DNA of 64,000 nt from Cyanidioschyzon merolae (taxonomy: Eukaryota): assembly GCA_000091205.1 (NCBI GenBank), contig AP006489.2; one strand, given 5' to 3'. Position numbers and translations under genes: made by a program. Shown here one piece after another: positions 32,334 to 42,483 of the stretch (position 1 is the first letter of the stretch; every line of letters begins with the position of its first letter). The notes beneath the pieces were generated by a model. That model was not told where the DNA came from and did not search any database. It saw nothing but the letters and a program-made list of their open reading frames with translations.

Positions 32334-34691
32334 TCACGCATGCTCCCGTGCAGCGTCTCCAGGCGGTGGCAGCAGCGGCGCTTTGGCGGCACTCGTGGAA
32401 AGCAGCGCGGCAACCACGGTCACGTTGTCTTGAGTCTCTCGCTGTAATGCCTCCGTAACCAGGCGGCGTGCCAACAGACCAGGGACCTGCACAGTGCCTC
32501 GGATGATTTTCGCTACTTCACCGACATCCATGACATCCCAGAGACCGTCGGTGGCAAGGATCAGGATATATTCTCGATCGGGCTGCAAATGCTGGATGTA
32601 GAGCTCAGGTTCCGCAGTCAAATAGCGTTTGAGCGCAATGTCCCCGATCGCACGCGTAACCAGCGTAAGACCCTCAACTCGAAGCGTACCAGCGCTATCT
32701 GCAAGGACCCGTGCGCCTTGTTCTTGAAGACGTGCACGTTCCTGTGAAGACGCTGTACAAGTTTGATCTAAAGTGACGAGGATAGGCACCAAGGCCGTAT
32801 CGGGTTGCACTTCAAAGAGCACCGCCCTGGAGTCCCCGATATTTGCCACATATAACGTGCCGCTGTGCACCATCGCCACAAGTGCCGTGCTGCCAACAAG
32901 TCCTCGCTTCCCGAGGGCCTGTGATGCGTCGTGCTGGGCGCACCACAGCGACCAGCACATATCCACGAAACAGAGAAGCTCGCGCAGCACTTGTTCGGGG
33001 CGCATTTGCGGGTTACGACCCAGCAGCCTCTGGAGAGCATCTGGAATCAGAGCCGCCGTAAAGTCAGCTGCCTCCACACCACCATGGCCATCGAAAACAC
33101 CCAGTATATGGGAACTGCCCCAACAGGCGAGTGCCGGTCCAGACTGGACAAGCTCTATTGACAATTGCAATGGAGATGCTACCAGGTGACGATCTTCCAT
33201 ACGATCTGGTCCACGACGACCCGACACGGCATACGCCTCCGCTTGCACCCGATCTGAGCGATCTACAGAGGCAGGTGAGCTGCTTCGGTCGAGACGTTGG
33301 CGGAAACCAGCAGGCGCGGCGCTTCCCGTATCGCTAAGCGGGAACGGGCGATGCGCAACGCTCTGAACCAGTTCATGCGCTATGGTGGTGATCTCGTGAG
33401 CGTCCTTTCCAAAGTACGAAGCGGCGAGCGCACTCGGATCGGTTTCAGAAACAAGGTCAGCACCGGTAGCCGCAGAGGCCTGACGAGTGCGCTCCGCTGG
33501 ACCTCTTGGGGTCTGCGATGCGTCCACCTCGTCGTCGCCGATGTGCGTTGCCCACGCAGCGCCAGCCAAGGCGCCCTCTGGGTTCTCCGCCAAGGTAGAA
33601 CGCAGTATCCTGACCGCTTTAAACGAGGAACGCTTCAGCTGGTCAACCAATGCAGCTAGTTCCTTCACCACAGCTGACATGGCAGGCCGTCTCGCAGGGT
33701 CCGCATCCCAACACCTTTCAATGAGTTCGCACAGGCGTTGACCCTCGCGACCTCCAAGTGCATCCACATCCAGTCTGGGTCGCAGGTGCTCGGTAACGAT
33801 AGCCGTTCGTAGCTGCAGCTCGTTGAAGCGTGTCTCCAGAACCGTGTGCAGCTCTGGCTCGGAAAGTTGTCGATCCACGTAAGGCACAGAGGCGGTGACT
33901 ATCTCATTCAGCGTGATACCGAACGCGTAGACATCGGATGCATACGTAGATCCCCAGCCTGAACGCTCCGCGCTCAGAAGCTCCGGCGCCATGTACACGG
34001 TCGTACCAACCATATGAGCAAGACGTCCGGCACTGGGTCCAACGGGCAAAGGCGTGCCTTCGGAATGCAGACGATGCTTTCCTTCGTTAGCTTGTCGAAT
34101 AGCATGCGCGCTTGACTCCCGTATGGATTCCGTGTTTGGTAGCGAGTGCGAGTTGCTCATGATGGCGAGTTCAAAGTCCGCGAGCAGGACGCGATCATCT
34201 TCCAAGAGCAAGTTGGCCGTTTTCACATCGCGGTGGATAACACCAAGCTCGTGCAGGTTCTGCAAGCCGATGGCGAGCTGCAACGCCCACTCGAGTCGCT
34301 GGAGAATGCTATGGGTACCGGGCGTTGTCCGTTTATGGAGGACATCGAAAACGCAGCCCCCAGAGCACCAGGGCGTCACCGTGCAGTAAAACGGGGGCGC
34401 TTCGCATACCGCTAACAGCGGCAGCAGACCCGCCGGCATGCTTACCTTCTCATCGCCACGCTGGACGCAAGTTCTCTGACGTGCACGCACTGTAACATAG
34501 TGCTGCAGGTGAACCTGAGAGTGAAAGCGTTCCAACGCTGCGCTGGATGTGATGCGTGGCTGCCTCACCGCGACCGCCAGACCGTCCAACGTACCGCGGT
34601 ACACAGCGGCACCGCTACCTATAGCCGCTGGGTCAGCGAGTGGTCCCAGCTCAGCGCGAGACACCTGACGAAGTTCGCTTACAATGGACAT
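32334..34691 (-). CDS. Bifunctional protein-kinase / PP2C-phosphatase fusion protein (N-terminal kinase domain, C-terminal PPM/PP2C domain)
   Basis: Kinase motifs: VIHRDVKTANLLL, LADFELA (DFG replaced by DFE), YMAPELL. PP2C motifs: GVFDGHGG, LATDGLWDVM, DNVTVV. Single 785-aa ORF with ATG start. Confidence 0.85.
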   Translation of the reverse strand: MSIVSELRQVSRAELGPLADPAAIGSGAAVYRGTLDGLAVAVRQPRITSSAALERFHSQVHLQHYVTVRARQRTCVQRGDEKVSMPAGLLPLLAVCEAPPFYCTVTPWCSGGCVFDVLHKRTTPGTHSILQRLEWALQLAIGLQNLHELGVIHRDVKTANLLLEDDRVLLADFELAIMSNSHSLPNTESIRESSAHAIRQANEGKHRLHSEGTPLPVGPSAGRLAHMVGTTVYMAPELLSAERSGWGSTYASDVYAFGITLNEIVTASVPYVDRQLSEPELHTVLETRFNELQLRTAIVTEHLRPRLDVDALGGREGQRLCELIERCWDADPARRPAMSAVVKELAALVDQLKRSSFKAVRILRSTLAENPEGALAGAAWATHIGDDEVDASQTPRGPAERTRQASAATGADLVSETDPSALAASYFGKDAHEITTIAHELVQSVAHRPFPLSDTGSAAPAGFRQRLDRSSSPASVDRSDRVQAEAYAVSGRRGPDRMEDRHLVASPLQLSIELVQSGPALACWGSSHILGVFDGHGGVEAADFTAALIPDALQRLLGRNPQMRPEQVLRELLCFVDMCWSLWCAQHDASQALGKRGLVGSTALVAMVHSGTLYVANIGDSRAVLFEVQPDTALVPILVTLDQTCTASSQERARLQEQGARVLADSAGTLRVEGLTLVTRAIGDIALKRYLTAEPELYIQHLQPDREYILILATDGLWDVMDVGEVAKIIRGTVQVPGLLARRLVTEALQRETQDNVTVVAALLSTSAAKAPLLPPPGDAAREHA

Positions 34692-35225
34692 TTGAAGCGT
34701 CTAGGTAACGCTAGTCACCTAAACTTCCAGCGATCCTGCCAAGAACGTCGGTAGGCAGGCAGGCTGGCTGGCTGGCTGGCTAGCTGGTAAACCACAACGC
34801 AGCATGCTGCAGTGCAAACGGATTCAAAGGGAACACTGACCTATCTACTCGCTATATCGCTGCGTTTCTATCTTATTCAGACCTTTTTTAGTGTGCAGCC
34901 TTGGCATTCGCACGGAAGCAAGAGGGGTTTACGAAATCCTACCTAGTTTTGCGATTCTCGGTCGTTTTAGCGGAGTTGTGCCTTGGATGCTTTGTCGCTG
35001 GAATTCGTTACGTTAAGGAAATGAAGGTGATTCGCGTCGCCGTCGAGCAAGAGCTCCTTCAATGATCGATATCGGGACTTCATGCATACGTACTAACCTC
35101 TATTTTTCTCCGTTGCTTCAGCGTACAACGTGCAAATCAGGCATGCTTGGAGGTTTCGACCTCTCTATTTAAGGCTTCTCGTGAGTGCAGCTAATAACGT
35201 CACTGGACTCACGCGGAAATAATTC

Positions 35226-36040
35226 TTGACGACACCGACCATCGATGACTTGTTCAACAGCTCACGTCAAAAGATCACTGAGCTAATCACGTCAAATACT
35301 CGATTCCGTTCGACGGACATATCACCCCGTCTTCATGAACATGGAAGAGACAGCATTCCACAGCGGCATGACACCTCGCCGGGTAATACGCTCGAAAGGC
35401 TACCGTCTCCTCTGTTTGTACGGAAATTCGCCATGGTCTTGGATTTGAGTCATCATAACGACTGCGTCCAATGGGCAGTGCGTCACCGAGTTGCACGAAG
35501 TAAGCGTCGACGGGTCGTAATCTATCGACTTGTTCTCCGATATGGATTTTGCTTTCCGTGCTCGTTTCATCATAAACAACATTACACTCCACATTTATTC
35601 CATCGAATGGGACAGCGTACGCTTTCATGAGCAGCGGACAGCGTACTCGCCGAGGAGGTTGCCCACAACAACAAGTCCACGATCTTATTGTATGGAACCA
35701 AGCGCGGAAACGGAGCAGCGGGCATTGGAGGAAACCCAAAGTATCTGTCAAGGGCATGTACCGGGTGATGAAGCAATTCTTGACGCGCCACAAGGCGGCG
35801 CCCGGAAGAGTAGATACGGTGGACATATGGGAACACATGACGACAACCATATATAACCGCTGCAAGCGGCACACCTGGCCAGTATACAAAGGAGATGGAA
35901 ATGCCAAGCGAAGCGTCGATGCCAATGATCGCCTGTACATGAAATGCGTTGACATGAACTGGAAGCGGCGAAACCGCGACTCGAACGCCGCCATCAACAT
36001 CTTTCGACTGCCGAATACGAATCTGGAAGTAAAGTGAGAG
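35226..36040 (+). pseudogene. TnpB/Fanzor-like RuvC nuclease remnant (copy C). The most complete copy; split over three frames.
   Basis: Frame a: FAMVLDLSHHNDCVQWAV (RuvC-I-like, GIDLG-type). Frame b: DMDFAFRARFIINNITLH. Frame c: KPKVSVKGMYRVMKQ...YNRCKRH...MKCVDMNWKRRNRDSNAAINIFRL (zinc-finger remnant plus canonical RDxNAAxNI RuvC-III). The upstream extent is limited by the kinase-PP2C gene, so the N-terminal domains are missing. Confidence 0.65.
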
Positions 36041-36242
36041 ACCGACGTATTTAAAGCTTCAAAAACGAGAGAGAAAAAGCCGGCAAAGACTGGTGTTGAT
36101 GATAATGGGTAACGACGAAAACCTGAGCATGTAACTCCTCCGTGCAAGCGGGACACGTTCCATTTCATCATGATACGGACGTCGTCCATACGTCTCAATG
36201 AACGTAACAGATCCGTTCCGTTTCATGCTGACACTGGTGTCG

Positions 36243-36677
36243 TTAGCTTTGCCGGTCTTCCCGGGTTGCGGCAAAGGCGTTGGACGCGCCGGGCGTCTCC
36301 GGGGCCGCCCCGCGCGCTCGCAACTCCCAGACGGGTTCGTAAGGTCCCGCTCGGCGCCCTACGGATGCATGGGCGTTCTCGTCGTCCTCAGCACCGTTGG
36401 CGTACAAGCGTTCCGCGTCTTCTGGTGACAGGAGACGCGATCGAAAACATCGCACAAGCCGCCGCACCTTGCCCACGCACGAGTCCACCGTACCATTCAT
36501 GTAGTAGTACCGAAACTGGTACACTGGACTGTAGCAGAACCAGAGCGCATCCAAGTCAGGAACACAGCTCTCAGGTACTTTAGAACTGCTACGTTCTCCG
36601 GCCAGAGCAACGTCAGTGCGATGGCTTGTCTGGGAGTCGGCGGGCACAGCCGACGTTCGCGGCTCGGCGGCTGCCAT
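36243..36677 (-). CDS. Twin Cx9C (CHCH-domain) protein, probably mitochondrial intermembrane-space
   Basis: CVPDLDALWFC (C-x9-C) and CVGKVRRLVRC (C-x9-C) lie 22 residues apart. Small 144-aa ORF with ATG start. Confidence 0.5.
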   Translation of the reverse strand: MAAAEPRTSAVPADSQTSHRTDVALAGERSSSKVPESCVPDLDALWFCYSPVYQFRYYYMNGTVDSCVGKVRRLVRCFRSRLLSPEDAERLYANGAEDDENAHASVGRRAGPYEPVWELRARGAAPETPGASNAFAATREDRQS

Positions 36678-38072
36678 GATGAACTGCGACCCCAGATAAC
36701 GCCTACTCGTTGTTTTCTATCGCTGCGTTAGGTGCCGTAGCAGGTAAACGCAAGCGTCTATCTCGAGCAGCTCAAACGCGAGCAGTACCCACGAGGCATA
36801 GCAGCGGCTTGTGCACCATATCGCAAAAGCGTTTTTTCGTCTGGCAGTTGACGCCCGTGTGCAGCAAATGCGGGTGCGTTCGGCTTCGCACAACAGCTAT
36901 CCATTATTTTCCCAAATAATACATACATGTACAGTAAAATCGCATATGCGTGCCAGAGGTCCTGGTGTGCATGCGCATTTCTCTATGGCATGGGATGGGT
37001 GGCACGAACCGGACATCGCTCCATGTGTGCGCTCTCTCGAAGCATCTGGGTATGCATGCGGCATACCGCTCCAGATGCTCAGGTTCCACCCGCCGTGTTC
37101 ATCATTATCATCATCATTACCGTGAACGTGTTCTATACTTCCCATTGGAGATGATGGTTCGTTCACGTCATCTCCCTGGTGCCAGGCATGCTATGTGCGC
37201 TCACCGCAACGACTACGGCGCCGGTACGGACGCTGCTTGGCGACAGAACAAGCGCACGAACACGCTTCCAGCCGCTGTGGACACAAGCGTTTGGCGCACG
37301 AGCCGGTACGCGCACCCTCCGCAAGGCCTCTGGCATGCTGGTCGGCGTGTTCACGATAGCACCGCGCGGAGTTGCGCAGTGCGAACGAGACAATAGCGAT
37401 ACCAACGTGCTGCCTGCGATGCGCCGATGACATCGCCTACGCAGAGCGGCGACAAAGATGCAGGCGGCATAGCGCAGGCATCATCCAGAAACTATGTCGG
37501 TGGCAACGCAGCGAGCTGTCATCTCTTGCCCGCAACGAATGACTCGCCTTTCGCAAAACAGGTCCGCCGTCATCGATCCCTCCATGCAGCACTCGTGCGC
37601 GCAGGCGTCCGTGGACAACACACTGCAGTCCGGTACAAAAGCCTTGCTCCAAGCGCATCTATCCGCAGAAAAATTGACGCTTCGACTTGCTGCTGTGGAC
37701 GACGATACCACTGCCAGCGCCAGACGCGATGCAAGCGGACGTGACACCCTACAATTGACACCAGGCGCAAGCATGCACCCGTAAGCGATCCGGCTCCATT
37801 GGAAAACACAACCGATATGGCAACACGGTCGATAGCGACGATGCCCCTGCACTCGACGTATCGGCAATCCGGAGGTGCCTACACATCGACGGCAAGCCGG
37901 TCGACCGCTTGCGGCAAGCAGAAGCGCGGTTTCGGCAGGCACTAGGCACACACGATAGGACGTATGAAACGACCAGAATATCCGAGAAGAAGTATAGGGA
38001 ATGTAACTTGGAGGTAGGGTGTTTGATGGATACTTAAGCGTGCACTGAAAACCCCACAAAAAGAAAAGAAAA

Positions 38073-38615
38073 ATGCGCATAATCGGAGAACGCTACGAAA
38101 GCGCTTTGTCAATGAAAGAACATGAAGAGGCGCCGCTGCTGCCGCCGCAGCCAACGCACGGCGTCGACGTCGGGGCTCGCTGCACGGCTGCCGCTGGTAC
38201 CGTAGGTACGGGTGCTGCATACCCTGCGCTTCGCGTCTCCGAGCAAGTGGTGAACATGGCGCGGCTTTTTGAAGTGCCACCAGATAGTATCGCCGCTAAG
38301 AAGCGAGAGCACAACTGGTGGAACCGCACCGTTGACCAGTTAGAAGACTGGAAGGACTCGGTCACGGAGACCAAGTGGTACCAGCGCGTGGAGCGGGTTG
38401 CGTCTTCGGGCTACACCTTCGTAAGACGAGCGTTCGGTTTAGGCGGCCGCGTGGCCTGGATCAGTGCAACCAGCGCTTTGGTGCTTGTGGTTCCCCTGGT
38501 TTATGAAATTGATCGGGAGCTGGATGCAAACGCGGCAAGTTCTTCGGCCGCAGCCGCTGGGGGCAGCGGTGTTGGCAGCAGTAGCACCGCTGGCCGTCCC
38601 GCTGCGACTCGATGA
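38073..38615 (+). CDS. TOM22/TOM9-like mitochondrial outer-membrane import receptor subunit
   Basis: GGRVAWISATSALVLVVPLVYEIDRELDANAA resembles plant TOM9/Tom22 (GKAAWIAGTTFLILVVPLIIEMDREAQ). Single TM followed by a short tail. ATG at 38073; an alternative ATG lies at about 38256. Confidence 0.55.
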   Translation: MRIIGERYESALSMKEHEEAPLLPPQPTHGVDVGARCTAAAGTVGTGAAYPALRVSEQVVNMARLFEVPPDSIAAKKREHNWWNRTVDQLEDWKDSVTETKWYQRVERVASSGYTFVRRAFGLGGRVAWISATSALVLVVPLVYEIDRELDANAASSSAAAAGGSGVGSSSTAGRPAATR

Positions 38616-40956
38616 GAGGCCTTCGCCCCCGCGGACCGCGACAGTGTTTGTGCTCCAGACCTGGTCAAGTGGTATTGATCGCCTGCGAGGTGTATTTGAC
38701 ACGAGCTGCCCCGAATAGCGGCCTGTAGGCATGGTGAAACAAGCGAACGTATTGGACCGCTACGCCGAGTCGTAACGTATAGAGGAGCTCGTTATGTGCT
38801 CGGCATCGAGAGTTCTGGAATACATGTATCATCATGATCTTTTTGACTTTGTTCGTCGTTGTCTCGCGGAGGTATTGGACAAAGGGAATGAATCCTGTCG
38901 ATAGGGGGAAACGCCGCGGAAAGAATTCATGCTGGGGCTGCTCGCTTGCGAAAAACTGGTTCACTCGCCCAAGTCAGTCATTCTGGCATTCAGCACGTAC
39001 TTGAACCGAGCTTCTCGTGGCGCTGATGCCGAACCTCTTGCACCCAAAACGGAACCTGTCGTTCTCTATTTAGACAAATGTCTGACTGGTTGTCCATACA
39101 TTCCCGTCCGTAATTTCTTTGTGAAAACCTCTCAAAGAAGCCACAGGACGCGACTTTTTCGTACTAAGGATACGAAAAGTGACGAAGAGGCACTGATGGA
39201 CATAGGGAGAAAACGTGCTTCTACGGGACTCCGTCACGCGTTGCACAGCACACGAACACTGTTGTACTGAAACGCAAACGCTTCCCACACAATGGACGAG
39301 TGTTCGTCGCCCTGGACGTTACGCGATTCGAGAAAAACGCTCGACCTGTATACGGTACTCAAAGAGGTTTAGAACGCTGTCCGTACAGAAGATGCAAGCG
39401 AGCATGACAACAATAAAAGTCCTAGCGGCTCTTCAATGGTGCAATCGCCTACATATCACCAGGCGGAGAGGATCAATCGACATCTCATTGTTCCTTGACG
39501 CGTGCTTCGTGGCTTCTCCTTCCTCGGTGCTGCTGTCCTACTCTCGGACAAGGTCGCCGTCCATCAAGTAAAAGCGGTCATGCGGCACCCGACATACGTT
39601 GGCGTTGAGCTGATCTTCGTACCAGCTTCTGCGTTCTGGTGCAATCCAGTCGAAAACAGCTTGTCTAGTGCGAAGCGCCGGTTTTCGCGCCCACGGATCA
39701 ATAGATTGGTCAGTTGCACCCACGACGCTGAAAGCTGCAGGATGCCACTGAGGATCGCGTAGCTTTCTAGTCGAGGAAGGCTCGCCTAGCACTCATCGCC
39801 TCGACGCACCTCGTCAAGCAAATGTGCGTAAGTTTCTCGGACACACGGCATCGAGCTGTCCTTTTTCCACTCGAATTTTCTGATGAAATTTCCCTGCGAC
39901 AGTACAACGGATATTCGTTAGAAAGCACGCAACTCGATCTGATGTAATGATCAGAGGTTTGGAGGCACACTTCCCAGCATACCTTCAGACGTGGACGCGT
40001 CACGTTGTCAATTGAGGTAAACGATACAGCACAGGTGTGAAAAATTATTGAACAAGACTCAAAAAGCAAATCCATTTGCAGGTCAATGTCGAGCGATTCA
40101 TGAGGTCTGTCTCGTGAGCGTTGTACGCTCAACTCGCTGGTCCAAGAAACTGAAGACTACTTCAAGCGGATTCCTTAGGTGTCTATAGAGGCGAGTGGCG
40201 AGCTGGTGATGAAGCGCTCGAAATGGCAGCGAGTTCGGAAGAAAAGTCATTCCAACAGCGACAGTCGCTTCAGACCGTCCAAGCACATCCTAGTGTGCTC
40301 GGTGCCGGGCCGACGGACGTCACCTGCAGAGCATGGTTCAGACGTCATGCCTGCCTTGCTTGCATCCTGCGCTACTGCGTTTCCCAGAGGAGAGCCATCC
40401 CGGGGGGAATCGGATTTCCTTCCAGCATCCGAGCGTCTTGGCCTGACCGAGCGTCCACTGGATATGGTCACCAGTTGTCGAGTCAAGACCCATGAGATCA
40501 CCGTTGACATTTGTTTGTAGTAGTGCATGGACTCCACAGTAGGTCATGGTAGGTCTCTGTGAGCAAGCATGAAGCATTCGAACAAGATCGTGATGAGTAT
40601 GGCCGTACATCGTTCATGGCTCCTGGGCTACCGCGAGGACCTGGAAAGAGGTTCGCATTGGCGGTCAGGATCGACGGAATATCCAACTGAATGCACTCTG
40701 TGAAGTATAGACCTGAGTTCAGCACCGACACTCATTCTCATCCGTCCTAAGTAGCTGGACGTACGTAGAGAGGTTTCGTGGCGAGCATGCGTTTCGAGTC
40801 CAAGAACATCGTTGCCGTCTTCGCAGCTCTGATTCAAGAGGATAGAGCCAACGACGTGCATAGAACGCCAATGATGCTGCTCAACTTCTCCAAGGCTCTC
40901 TCTGATCGAGATTCGAGTCTGATGGACGCAAGAAGCCACACCAGCTACTGCAGTGA

Positions 40957-41874
40957 ATGCATTGTGACCATCTCGACGCCCTGAGTATCGTAACGGGCAG
41001 AGACGGGGGATGCGCTGTGCGCCTCGTTCAGAGCGTTCACGAGCATCCACAGAGCTCATACCGCAAAATTTTGGCGATAGTGGACGAAACCGTGTTGTCG
41101 TCGCCGACATTGTCGGTTGTGCGGAGGCAACAAGCGTGCATTCACCAATATCTTCAAAGAGCTGGAAAAACTGAAGCCCATAACTCGCGTCCTTGGGTTG
41201 CAGTCTACGGCGCCAGACATGCCGCTGTGCGCAAGGGCCGTACTCGTGCCTCTTCCGCCAGAGCGTACAACGAATTCAGGAATCGATTCTATACGATTTT
41301 CATCGATGATATCGTGATTCTATCCACGCATCACGAGCAAGCGTGCACAATGAAACAGGTGGAGAGGCAGCGCTTGCAACAGAGCCGGATGGATAACGTG
41401 GTGGTGTACCGTACGCTGACCGAATGCCAGATAGCGAGACGATCGAAAAAGAGCGGCTTGCTGGTATGTGATTCAACCAGAAAACACACGCGGACGCATT
41501 TCCTGTACCGAGACTTGACCACCACGATCAACCTTCGGAAACGTCTTGCGCTTCCACAGCATCTGGCGGCTTTTTTTCGACAAAGCTTTCAAGCGAATCG
41601 TTTGGTACTCTGTGTGGGCATTGGGCTAAAATGCGCAAGTCCTTCGATGAAAACATCAGTGCTCAGGAGCGAGGGCATTGAATCGTCGCTTGGACCACTG
41701 AACTGGGGTTTTACGCTTCAGCTACCCAGCAAGGCTGCTACTGGGCTCACAGACACCTGGAACACCTGTCCTTGGCCATCGATGAACGATATTGGTGTTC
41801 CATTATTCGATATTGCAGCGTGTGCACGCTTGAAACCAACGCTGCATTGTTTCGATATAGACAGGATTACCTAG
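40957..41874 (+). pseudogene. LTR-retrotransposon (Ty3/gypsy-like) reverse-transcriptase fragment
   Basis: SSARAYNEFRNRFYTIFIDDIVILSTHHEQ...LQQSRMDNVVVYRTLTECQIARRSKKSGLLVCDS. This matches the RT motif block NAPATFQR.MN / YxDDIxIxS / L..H.LY.KLSKCEF....V.FLGHVVS. No intact gag, protease or integrase nearby. The surrounding sequence is AT-richer. Confidence 0.4.
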
Positions 41875-42483
41875 GCGAACTGACCAGACTCTGTACTTAC
41901 AGCATCCACAAAGATCTGCATCGCAACGGCAGCTGCTGGTATGGACCGGACACCTGAATAGCGACGACGGCTCCCTAAACCGATGCCGTGCAGTGCTTAA
42001 CAGGGATGCTACTGGACCAGCGCTGTCACCGTCACGAACAAAGTTTGAAGACGTGAATCGTTTCGACGCTTGTCACGGAGTCGTTGCCGGTCGGTACCAT
42101 CGTTGTCGTCGTTCGCACAGACTTGGTGTTGATCAGAGTTCGCGCATGCTCCGATTGTGCCCGTGGAGGACTCGCCACATACGATGCAATTTCTGAGTGC
42201 AGATGTCATCAGTCCAGCCCATGGATATTGCAATGGTTTTTCATCGCGCACTGACCAGCCGATGAACAAGCGACACACTTCTGGACGTGAGCGCAGGGTC
42301 TCCAGCGAGCAACCGAACAGCTGACGCTCGGGCGCCGTCCAGCGCACTGCCACCAACGGTCATCTGGAGACGACGGCGTTTCCCGCAAATATTGCTGACT
42401 GTTGGAGCGGTCGTAGACCTTGCGAGCCAGTGTGTTTCATTTGCGGCTTTGCAGGGCGCTCTCTGCTTCTACACCAGCAGCAA

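Noticed and set aside
35287-36198. 303-aa minus-strand ORF overlapping the TnpB-like copy C
   Set aside because: It has no recognisable domain. It lies antisense to frames carrying the specific RuvC-I, KGMYR and RDSNAAINI motifs. The similar 'conservation' of this antisense frame in copies A and D is explained by nucleotide-level homology. Long antisense ORFs are expected at this GC content.
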